Assembly: GCA_038134595.1 (NCBI GenBank)
Contig: JAYPVM010000006.1
Location: forward strand, 64,001-128,000
Direction of reading: 5' to 3'
DNA length: 64,000 bases
Source: Pseudomonadota bacterium
GTDB taxonomy: Bacteria; Bdellovibrionota_C; UBA2361; OMII01
Shown: one piece after another, positions 1 to 8,573 of the stretch
Layout of the letters: every line of letters begins with the position of its first letter
Position numbering within the stretch: the stretch's first letter is position 1
The notes under the pieces: generated by a model
The model's database searches: none
What the model saw: only the letters and a program-made list of their open reading frames with translations
Told to the model about the DNA's origin: nothing
Translations under genes and position numbers: made by a program

Positions 1-15
1 ATAGGTCAGCGTCTC

Positions 16-1257
16 TTATGCAAACATCTTACGAGCCGCGACAATCGCTCCCTCCAATTTCACAACATCCTCAACGCTTGAATACAAACCAAAACTAGCC
101 CGAACAGTAGCTGAGACGCCAAGAGCACGTAACGTTGGCATTGCGCAATGATTACCGGCTCGAATCTGGACTCCGTGCGCATCTGCAACAGTCGCAAAAT
201 CATGCGGATGAACACCTTTGATATCAAAAGAAATCCCCCCAGCTTGAAGTCCATTCTCTATGCCAGGCCCATAAATAATGATATCCTTTTGGGACTGCAA
301 CATATCATAAGCATTCTGCATAATATGGTGCTCGTGCGATCTAATATCATTCCAAGAAAACTGATTTAAAAATCTAATTGCGGCCCCCAAAGCTATCGCC
401 TCATGAAACGCTGGGGTCCCTGCTTCAAATCGCTGAGGAATTTCAGCTAATCCAAAATCCTCAGTGGTTACATAAGAGATCATATCGCCTCCCCCCAATA
501 GGGGCTCCAACACAGCTAACGATTCACTACGGCCATATAAGACCCCAACTCCGGTTGGCCCATAAATTTTATGCCCCGAAAAAACATAAAAATCACAACC
601 CAACTCGTCAACATTAACTCCGAGATGAACAACCCCCTGCGAGCCATCTACAACTACACAAGCCCCACCCGCCTTACCAACTTCGACTAATTCTTTAATG
701 GGCGTTACCGTTCCAATAGAATTCGCCAACTGCGTGACAGCGATGATGCGAGGTTTCAGACGAGAAACTTTCTCCCTATAATCCTCCATATTAAGGGTTC
801 CATCTTGATGGATATCAACGAATTCAATTGAGGCATTACACCGTTTCGCAAGCATCTGCCACGGAACAATGTTGCTGTGATGTTCAAGTAAAGAAAGGAG
901 AATGACATCCCCCTCATTAATGGCATGCTCATAACCCCGTGCAATTAAATTGATCCCTTCAGTAGCTCCTTTCACGAAAACAATACTTTCCGAACGTACC
1001 GCGCCGATGAATTTCGCTATATCTTTACGCGCTCCCTCGTATCGTTCTGAAGCTTGTGCGCTCAGACTGTAAGCGCCCCGATGAACATTGGCATTAATGA
1101 AGCTCATCGATTCGCACAGCGAGTCAATTACCACAGAGGGCTTCTGGGTTGTAGCCGCAGAATCGAGGTAAGCCACATCAGGTTGTTGGCAAAAGAAAGG
1201 AAACATACTGCGAACAGAATTCCCAGGTTTGTAATCCTGCTCTCGAGATTCGGTCAT
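16..1257 (-). CDS. sufS: SufS-type (group II) cysteine desulfurase
   Basis: YLDSAATTQKP, ANVHRG, EHHSN, FSGHK (PLP Lys), FEAGTP and RAGNHCA (catalytic Cys). Start moved to the ATG at 1257; the ORF track starts at 1308. Confidence 0.93.
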   Translation of the reverse strand: MTESREQDYKPGNSVRSMFPFFCQQPDVAYLDSAATTQKPSVVIDSLCESMSFINANVHRGAYSLSAQASERYEGARKDIAKFIGAVRSESIVFVKGATEGINLIARGYEHAINEGDVILLSLLEHHSNIVPWQMLAKRCNASIEFVDIHQDGTLNMEDYREKVSRLKPRIIAVTQLANSIGTVTPIKELVEVGKAGGACVVVDGSQGVVHLGVNVDELGCDFYVFSGHKIYGPTGVGVLYGRSESLAVLEPLLGGGDMISYVTTEDFGLAEIPQRFEAGTPAFHEAIALGAAIRFLNQFSWNDIRSHEHHIMQNAYDMLQSQKDIIIYGPGIENGLQAGGISFDIKGVHPHDFATVADAHGVQIRAGNHCAMPTLRALGVSATVRASFGLYSSVEDVVKLEGAIVAARKMFA

Positions 1258-1565
1258 ATAGAATCCATGAAAAACTTTTTTATCTCTAGCTACCCTTCCC
1301 TTACACACCCCCTAAAAGCAGATGAACACCAAAGTCACCTTGGTATCTGCAAGCACCCTACTAAGGCCGCCCGAGAGCTATCAAAGCATCCATTTCAGTA
1401 TAACTTTGATGCCAAATGGTGCCAACATACCCAAGTCTCTGATTTAACTAAATTTGCCGTATTATCAAGACACAAATAGTTTAGATCCCTATAAATGCGA
1501 GCAAATACCGTCAGCTCTATTCATAAAGCAGGAGTAATCTTTTTTTATGCCGTGTACGATTTTTC

Positions 1566-1595
1566 TTGACCTAAGCCCATCCGAGACCCTATTCT
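1566..1595 (+). promoter_or_regulatory. sigma70-like promoter for the structured RNA / small-protein unit
   Basis: TTGACC(1566-1571)-18 bp-TATTCT(1590-1595); the first hairpin starts at 1601, where a TSS would be expected. Confidence 0.6.
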
Positions 1596-1600
1596 TGCCT

Positions 1601-2243
1601 CCGCGGTTTGTTACAGTTGTTACTGTTCGCGGTCATGTTGTAAACCAAGTCGCTTGAAGGTGGGTCTTAAAAGACATCCCAAGAGTGACTTTCTGAGCAG
1701 TATGACGTCCTCCCCGATTTTATTGGCAAAGGTTTTACTTTGTTATTAAACACCGGGGGCTCTAACTCAGGCAGCTCCGACTTTAGGAGCTTCCTAGAAG
1801 AGTCCGGGGCAAAAGCGAATCAACATCTGACGAGCGTAATTATCGCCTAGTGGCGTGACATGAATGTGTTGAGGTATCCCGTTAGCTAGTTCCCCTTGGT
1901 AATATTCAGGAGGGGCTGCCAAACGGGTTTTGTTTGTCTGTAAGGATTAACAGCTCGCCATACTCTGGTCCCTTCCAATATGTGGTGCTTTCGATCTCCA
2001 CTACCGCGTTGGGAATGCAACGAGTACAACAGTGGCACGTAAGTAGGCGGTAATGATGTCTAAAACAGGCGGTTAGGCGTATACATTCGGTTGCGCCGGA
2101 ATGGATGTAGCAATAGGAAGCTGTAAGCCCTGCTCACCAACTTGTGCAAGATTTAATTTTTTTTAATTCGCTGCTTGAGTAGGTGGAAACTTTCTGAGAG
2201 GGTGGAGGGCCTGTTGCTTTAACTTTTTGTAAGGTGGTCAAAG
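1601..2243 (+). ncRNA. candidate large (~640 nt) structured RNA or 5' leader, family not recognised
   Basis: No ORF of 60 aa or more on either strand. About 10 consecutive helices, many with G-U pairs that work only on +: 1632-1640/1698-1706, 1647-1654/1684-1691, 1719-1731/1738-1750, 1773-1778/1786-1791, 1820-1826/1866-1872, 1878-1883/1922-1927, 1973-1979/2008-2014, 2082-2088/2103-2109, 2109-2117/2210-2218. Confidence 0.65.
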
Positions 2244-2531
2244 ATGAAATTTTGGTCAAATTCAGACACTCCTCCTCCAGGTGGAGTAATTCCCGAGTTG
2301 CGATTACTAGCTGCGGTTTTACAACGAGCTATTCACGATTTTCTTAGCGGCGACGGTGATGTTCGCGAAGGCGCACGTGCGTGGCTTATGGATGATGAGC
2401 CTACTGATGCTCCCCTTAGCTTCAAATTTATCTGTGAAGCTCTGGATCTTGATTTAGATAGCCTCCGAACAGCTATCGGTCGTCAAGCTTCCGCACAGTC
2501 TCGTGAATACGCGACAGCAGAGGCTGTATAA
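2244..2531 (+). CDS. uncharacterised small alpha-helical protein (PE-RLLAAVLQRAI-D ... A-AW ... SF--ICEAL-LD pattern)
   Basis: 95-aa ORF with RBS AAGGTGG at 2231-2237 and a downstream terminator. The pattern resembles hypothetical proteins I recall from Deltaproteobacteria/Binatia and phages. Confidence 0.8.
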   Translation: MKFWSNSDTPPPGGVIPELRLLAAVLQRAIHDFLSGDGDVREGARAWLMDDEPTDAPLSFKFICEALDLDLDSLRTAIGRQASAQSREYATAEAV

Positions 2532-2558
2532 GAACTCTCCCGATTGGTAAGAGTTAGC

Positions 2559-2598
2559 AAAACCCTCGGAAATATTTTATGTATTTTCCGGGGGTTTT
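2559..2598 (+). terminator. intrinsic terminator after the small protein gene
   Basis: AAAACCCTCGGAAA(2559-2572)/TTTCCGGGGGTTTT(2585-2598), a 14-bp stem with one G-U, ending in T4. Confidence 0.65.
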
Positions 2599-2775
2599 CC
2601 CATTTCCTCATCTTGGAACCAACAAAGATACTAATCATAGTTTGATTAGGCAGTACCTGCAGGTCCTTATCTCCCTTTTCCTTCGGCCTATTCGACAGTA
2701 TACTATTCACATGTTCGCCCCACGTGGTGCAATTGAATCTATATTTTAACAACTTAAATGGTTGGCCAGCCCCCA

Positions 2776-3048
2776 ATGAGTACTGAAAACGAAGGGACCT
2801 CAATAGGGAACAAACCGGAGCTGTGGACAGCATTACTGCACGAGCTAGATGACAAACTCCAGCTCGCCCTTCTTGCTCGACTCGAACGTGTTTCCTCATA
2901 TCACATGGAATCTACAACGCTCTTTATTACTCCAGGCAATGAAGAAGACCGAGAATACCTTACTAGTAACGACACCCTACAACAATTAAAGCTCATTGCA
3001 GAGGACACTATGGGAGCAACCTCGGTTACTATTCAGCCGGTCGATTAA
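2776..3048 (+). CDS. hypothetical protein, possible DnaA N-terminal / DnaX C-terminal-like (KH-type) domain
   Basis: LW--LL-EL...L...W/Y...LFI......YL......QL pattern typical of DnaA domain I-like modules. The start could be 2758 or 2776. Confidence 0.55.
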   Translation: MSTENEGTSIGNKPELWTALLHELDDKLQLALLARLERVSSYHMESTTLFITPGNEEDREYLTSNDTLQQLKLIAEDTMGATSVTIQPVD

Positions 3049-3262
3049 TCCAGATCATTTAGCTCAAAGATGCTATCAACTCTCAGGATTTTCAAATTTT
3101 TTAGTTAGTACGTCTTCGCGAATCAGTCTGCTTAATCAAAACCGACTGATTAGACCGTATTTACTAGCTTTCATGCCCTAACGAGTTAACAGCTTTCAGG
3201 ATACACCAGCCGTCCCCTGCCGTTTACACCTGCTTGATTGCTTATCCTCTCTCTATCGGGAT

Positions 3263-3289
3263 AAAAAAGGCGGTATTAACCGCCTTTTT
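3263..3289. terminator. bidirectional intrinsic terminator (ftsZ and the convergent gene)
   Basis: AAAAAAGGCGGT-ATTA-ACCGCCTTTTT, flanked by A and T tracts. Confidence 0.85.
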
Positions 3290-3318
3290 CTCCAACTTAA
3301 ATCTCTATCGTATAGAAA

Positions 3319-4470
3319 CTAATCAGCTTGCTTTCGTAAAAATGTCGGAATCTCAAACTTATCATCATCATCTGATGTAGATAAAACAGAGAGCTTCTTC
3401 AATTTAATAACCTCAGATGGCGCAGTCGTTCCTGCCGCTACCTTTCGACCGGCAAGGCCGGCATCATCAGAAACCGGTTTTGAACCAGCCGGTAAAGAGC
3501 TAGCTACCGCATCTCCGAAACCAGTTGCTATCACCGTAACACGCACCTTATCTGAGAGGTTTTCATCTATCACCATACCCCAAATGATATTCGCATCATC
3601 ATGAGACTCACCATGAATCAGTTCTGCTGCCTCATTAACCTCTTGAAGCGTTACATCAGGCGAAGCGGTAACGTTAATGAGCACTCCTCGAGCTCCGTGA
3701 ATCGAGATATCCTCAAGCAACGGACTAGAGATCGCTTTTTCTGCCGCCTCTACCGCTCGATTATCCCCGCTTGCCTCACCCGTTCCCATCATTGCCATGC
3801 CCATTTCAGACATAACAGCTCTAACATCGGCAAAGTCTACGTTGACTAAACCTTCACAAATAATAAGGTCACTAATTCCTTTGACAGCTTGATAGAGCAC
3901 ATCATCGGCCTTGCGGAAGGTATCAAGCAATGATGTATTCCGGCCCGCGATAGAAAGAAGTCGCTGATTCGGAATTGTGATAAGAGTGTCCGCGTGCTTT
4001 CGAAGCTCTTCAATGCCGAAGTCAGCGTTTTTCATTCTCCGCTTTCCTTCGAACATGAAAGGCTTTGTGACCACACCAACTGTGAGACATCCTATACTTT
4101 TGGCAACTTCCGCAACAACTGAAGCACCAAAGGTACCGGTACCACCACCCATTCCAGCTGTGATAAATACCATGTCAGCGCCATCCAGAGCCTTGCGAAT
4201 CTCTTCAACACTCTCCCTCGCAGCAGCCCGTCCAACTTCCGGATCAGCGCCCGCTCCCAAGCCCTTGGTGATGTCGTCCCCAAGACAAATCTTATTCTCC
4301 GGAAGACATGATGCCAAAGCCTGCGCATCCGTATTGGCCCCGAAGAACTCGACCCCTGTTAGACCGCTTCGGATCATGTTGTTGACGGCGTTTAATCCGC
4401 CTCCACCTATACCAAATACTTTTATCTTCGCATTACTCGCTTGAAGAAGCTTACCCGTTACCTCATCCAT
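3319..4470 (-). CDS. ftsZ: cell division protein FtsZ
   Basis: GIGGGG, NTDAQAL, GMGGGTGT tubulin motif, NVDFADV and C-terminal IPTFLRKQAD. ATG at 4470 has a GGAGG RBS. Confidence 0.98.
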   Translation of the reverse strand: MDEVTGKLLQASNAKIKVFGIGGGGLNAVNNMIRSGLTGVEFFGANTDAQALASCLPENKICLGDDITKGLGAGADPEVGRAAARESVEEIRKALDGADMVFITAGMGGGTGTFGASVVAEVAKSIGCLTVGVVTKPFMFEGKRRMKNADFGIEELRKHADTLITIPNQRLLSIAGRNTSLLDTFRKADDVLYQAVKGISDLIICEGLVNVDFADVRAVMSEMGMAMMGTGEASGDNRAVEAAEKAISSPLLEDISIHGARGVLINVTASPDVTLQEVNEAAELIHGESHDDANIIWGMVIDENLSDKVRVTVIATGFGDAVASSLPAGSKPVSDDAGLAGRKVAAGTTAPSEVIKLKKLSVLSTSDDDDKFEIPTFLRKQAD

Positions 4471-4882
4471 GCTTCCATCCTCCGCACTACTAAGAAATTC
4501 AAAATTAAGCTGTTGACAGCGCCTTACTTTAGCATCCACTTGCAAAAAACCGAAGAAAAAGGTGCATGCGATCCCATCTTATTTGCATTTTTTTAAAGGT
4601 CATTTCTCTCAAAGCCCTTGGTGACCCTAAACAAACAACAAAACCACATAACATCAATTATTTATCAGGACAATCACTATCTCCACAATCGGTTTCGCAA
4701 CCAGGACAGCAACGTACGTACTGAGCCGGTATCTCCATTTGCCAAGCACCAAACTAGTTCTTGCCTGTATCGATTACTCCTCGGCTGGACAATACTTTAG
4801 TAGCCTATGCGGTCAAAAGTAAAGAGATACAAAAGCTGTTTCTCTCTAAAGCTAGCAATTAGAATAAATTTTTTGATGCAGG

Positions 4883-6121
4883 CTAAAAATGCTCGGCAAA
4901 CCAACCTGCAAACTTTCGCATCGTCGTACCCAAGGCCCCACCGAACTGCCTCGAGTCAATTTTTCGCCCTCGAATTTGGCTTGCCGAACAACCCTGCCGA
5001 ACCAGTCCAACCGCGGTTGCATACTCGGGGGCCCTTACCAAGTCCTTCAATCCATTAACCTCAAACTCCCCGGCGGCCCTTACAGGCAAATTAAGTGCCT
5101 GTTCAGCCATCTGAGTCAAACCAGGTAGATTTGCAGTGCCGCCAGTAAGAACGACTCCGCCAATGAGCATGTCAGCGCAACCTGCTTTCACTACATGATG
5201 CTGAACTAAGCTAATAATCTCAGCCATACGCGGCTCGATTATGTCGGATAAGATAGACTTAGATAGCACTCGCGGTTGTCGCCCCCCAACCGAGGGGACT
5301 TCAATAATGTCATTTAAAGACGCTCCCGCAACACACACCGCCCCGTAATCGCACTTGATGCGCTCAGCAGATGCAACTGGAGTACGGAGCCCCGCCGCAA
5401 TATCATTTGTGATATGATTACCGCCTACCGGCAGAACATGCGTATAATGCACACCGCCGGCATGAAAAACTGACAAGCCAGTCGTACCGCCCCCAATATC
5501 AACCACTAAAACTCCGAGCTCTTGCTCCTCCTCAGAGACAGCCGCGGCACCTGCCGCCAGGGGAGAGGCAATAATATCTCGAACTGACAAGCCACACCGA
5601 TTGGCGCATTTAACCACATTTTGACCGCTCGCTATCGCCCCTGTGAGTAGATGGACATTCACCTCTAATCGAACTCCAGACATTCCAACTGGATCTCGAA
5701 CGCCATCCTGATCATCAACAATAAATTCCTGCGGTAAAACATGCAGAATTTCTCTATCCAACGGCAATGCTACAGCGCGGGCCGCCTCTATCACTTTCTC
5801 GATATCTGCTACCGAAACTTCATTATTCTTGACTGCAACTATTCCATGACTGTTCTGAGAGCGTATATGACTTCCAGATATAGATGCGATAACTGAAGAG
5901 ATTTCACAGCCCCCCATTGACTCGGCTTGGCTCATCGCCTTCGCTATCGCCGATACCGTGCTCTCAATATTAACAACAACTCCCTTTCGAAGCCCGCGAG
6001 ATGGGGCCGAACCAACCCCTATGATATCGACTCCTCCATCCTCAGTGCGAGCACCAATCACCACCTTAATGCTCGAAGTACCTATATCTAATCCGGTCAC
6101 TAACGACGATGAGCTTGCCAT
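4883..6121 (-). CDS. ftsA: cell division protein FtsA
   Basis: GLDIGTS, VDIGGGTT, VLTGGTA and a C-terminal amphipathic helix (FAGWFAEHF); adjacent to ftsZ. Confidence 0.97.
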   Translation of the reverse strand: MASSSSLVTGLDIGTSSIKVVIGARTEDGGVDIIGVGSAPSRGLRKGVVVNIESTVSAIAKAMSQAESMGGCEISSVIASISGSHIRSQNSHGIVAVKNNEVSVADIEKVIEAARAVALPLDREILHVLPQEFIVDDQDGVRDPVGMSGVRLEVNVHLLTGAIASGQNVVKCANRCGLSVRDIIASPLAAGAAAVSEEEQELGVLVVDIGGGTTGLSVFHAGGVHYTHVLPVGGNHITNDIAAGLRTPVASAERIKCDYGAVCVAGASLNDIIEVPSVGGRQPRVLSKSILSDIIEPRMAEIISLVQHHVVKAGCADMLIGGVVLTGGTANLPGLTQMAEQALNLPVRAAGEFEVNGLKDLVRAPEYATAVGLVRQGCSASQIRGRKIDSRQFGGALGTTMRKFAGWFAEHF

Positions 6122-6422
6122 ACCGAATTCTCCATATAACCCTTTTTACGTTCAGCACTTTGAGTGAGAAACCAATTGAGTGTAAGCCCCTTTCGTTCAG
6201 CCGCACTGAAACAACTACTGCGCCCCAAAACGAAGAGCTAATACACACAATACTCCGAACTTCTTAGGGTCTTATCGTCTTTAAATGACAGACAATTCAA
6301 CCCCGTTCTATTACCATTAGTTTAGAGCGACGTGCCACCTGCCCAGATTAAACAGAGTTTGAACGACTCGCAAGACACTAATTTTGCGATCTATTCCTAT
6401 AACGCTTCAGATATTCAACACG

Positions 6423-7211
6423 TCAGGGTGTACGAAATGACACCACCCCTACCCGATTAAAGGCTAAGTCTATTTTATCAATATCCGAATATCGATCGCG
6501 AACTTCATACAAGAGCGCAGCGCACCTTTTACCCTGCTCCGCTAAGGCCACTCCATTGGAGGATTCAAGGCCGAATATGATCGGAAACGGCAATCCCTGG
6601 AAGTTTACTTTTAGATCTCCGTGGCCAATAAATGCCAGAGAGACAACTGCTTTTCCAACCTCCTTCTGCAATATTGTCATAAAACTACTTGCTGAATAAA
6701 GCTGACTCCTCACCACCTCAGGCGAACTCACCCGTGAAGCTAGTCCCTTGATTGACACTAGCTTCATATCGTATCGAAGCAGTACGACATCACTATCCGG
6801 CACTATAAACGAGCCCTCTCCGTCCACTATCCAAGTATTTCCATCGACCACAGCGCTAAATACAGGCTCCCTCTCTTGGATCCTTAGAACGAAACACCCC
6901 CATTTAGACATCAAGCCTTCATCACAAGAATCAACAGAGGCTGATTTAATCCAAGGATTGTCCATCAACTTTGCTTGAATTTCGGGCTCATTCAAATGCC
7001 ACCATAAGACTGAGCGAGAATGCGGCAACAGAGGCTCAATATCACTGTGAGTTAACACTACAAGCCCCTGCACCTTAACTTTCTTGTCATTCCAGAAGGA
7101 TGCAGCAATTTTCGCACTCTCACTAAGTCCGGATTTAAAAAACTCCGGATTATCGAGCACATGAATAAAAACAACTGCGGCAGCGAGTGCCAATGTATAG
7201 ACAATTCTCAT
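6423..7211 (-). CDS. ftsQ: FtsQ/DivIB-like cell division protein (POTRA domain)
   Basis: N-terminal TM segment, V-G...L...PWIKSASV, I-ER-P and C-terminal IDL; lies upstream of ftsA. Confidence 0.8.
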   Translation of the reverse strand: MRIVYTLALAAAVVFIHVLDNPEFFKSGLSESAKIAASFWNDKKVKVQGLVVLTHSDIEPLLPHSRSVLWWHLNEPEIQAKLMDNPWIKSASVDSCDEGLMSKWGCFVLRIQEREPVFSAVVDGNTWIVDGEGSFIVPDSDVVLLRYDMKLVSIKGLASRVSSPEVVRSQLYSASSFMTILQKEVGKAVVSLAFIGHGDLKVNFQGLPFPIIFGLESSNGVALAEQGKRCAALLYEVRDRYSDIDKIDLAFNRVGVVSFRTP

Positions 7212-7535
7212 ACACGTAGTATAGGACGATTACATCCGGAAGCCGATATATAAAATATGTTTCCGGAGCGAATCATTACTGAAAACAAATTCTCAGGGCT
7301 CACTTTATCTTCCACATATCGACACATCCGCCGCGCTTATAACTCATAGAAACTCCACGTCCTCATTTAATCGTAAAACGAGCCCCCAAATACCGCAGTA
7401 TCAACCAGTACGTTTTACACCAACATGTGAGCAACAGCAGACTAGGGCTTCACTCAAACGCCTAAAACAATCGAACTCTAACTTTACTCCCAGCGCCCCG
7501 CAATCTATTCACAATTGGCAGGGGTACGAAAGCTC

Positions 7536-8513
7536 TTATCCCAATGTTACTTGAGAATCGCGAACTACCGGCTCTTGGTTTTTAGCATCATACTCCCAGA
7601 GACGAATCTCCGGTTCCAAGGTTACTCCTGCCAACTGCTGCGCTTGATCCTTGCAGTACGTTATTAATTCCTGAACGTGCCTTGCCGTGCCCTGCTTGGA
7701 CGGATTAACAATCCAATTTGCGTGAAGCTCTGAAATACGAACATCGCCAATTGCAACGCCCTTCATTCCCACCTCCTCTAAGACCCTACCTGCACTCAGC
7801 GTTGGGGAAGGATTTTTAAATACCGATCCTGCCGAGGGCATTGAAAGTGGTTGCGTCGCCTTTCGGTGGGCAAGGTTATTAAGGCAGTTGGCATTGATCC
7901 TATCTCTGTCGCCACGCACAAGACTCATAACAACCTCTGTTACTATTAAGCTAGAAGGCAATCCTGAGTGCCGGTAATTCCACGCCAAATCATCGCCCTG
8001 CAACTCACAATACTTTCCCTCTTTGGAAAATCCTCTGATAAGATCAACTCGCTCCCCTATTTCTGCTCCATGTGCTCCGGCATTCATATAAACACCACCG
8101 CCGAATGACCCCGGAATGCCCGCCGCAAATTCCAATCCAGAGAATCCCTCCTTAGACATCCTCCTTGACTCTCTCATTAACGAGGCGCCCGCACCAAAGC
8201 AGAATGTCTCTTGGCAAATACTCCGGCTAGTTCGAAACTTCCCGCCCAAACGGATCACCCAACCATGTACGCCACTATCGGGAATCAATACATTACTCCC
8301 AAATCCGAGCGTCACAATCGACTGCTGTTCTGCATGCAATAACTGCAACAGTGCTTGTAGCTCCGTATCATTATCTACCGTTACAACCGCTCTACACGGG
8401 CCTCCGATTGAAAACGTCGTTAGGGTCTTTCCTTGAACATCCCTCACAACTCGACCACGAACAATCTTCTCGACGGAAGGCAGTAAAGCCGAATTAAAGC
8501 GACAACTATTCAT
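7536..8513 (-). CDS. murB: UDP-N-acetylmuramate dehydrogenase
   Basis: TTFSIGG, G-GSNVL, GLEFAAGIPGSFGG-VYMNAGA, SAGSVFKNP and HANWIVN. Confidence 0.96.
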   Translation of the reverse strand: MNSCRFNSALLPSVEKIVRGRVVRDVQGKTLTTFSIGGPCRAVVTVDNDTELQALLQLLHAEQQSIVTLGFGSNVLIPDSGVHGWVIRLGGKFRTSRSICQETFCFGAGASLMRESRRMSKEGFSGLEFAAGIPGSFGGGVYMNAGAHGAEIGERVDLIRGFSKEGKYCELQGDDLAWNYRHSGLPSSLIVTEVVMSLVRGDRDRINANCLNNLAHRKATQPLSMPSAGSVFKNPSPTLSAGRVLEEVGMKGVAIGDVRISELHANWIVNPSKQGTARHVQELITYCKDQAQQLAGVTLEPEIRLWEYDAKNQEPVVRDSQVTLG

Positions 8514-8573
8514 ATTACGCCAAGAAGACCCGTTGAATACTACCTAAGAACCACTATCAGATAAAAAGATGCC

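Noticed and set aside
1797..2180. RNase P RNA identity for the large RNA (GAAGAGTCCGGGGC, AATGCAACGAG and GCTGCTTGAG echo rnpB motifs in order)
   Set aside because: No exact GAGGAAAGTCC, no 3' ACAGAA-CCGGCTTA partner for P4, and the spacing is too long. A cmsearch with RF00010 should still be run.
1601..2243. tmRNA, SRP RNA, CsrB-type RNA, group I/II intron or CRISPR array as the explanation
   Set aside because: No tRNA-like ends or tag ORF, no SRP GGAA-loop domain, few loop GGA motifs, no domain V or flanking exons, and no repeated spacer units.
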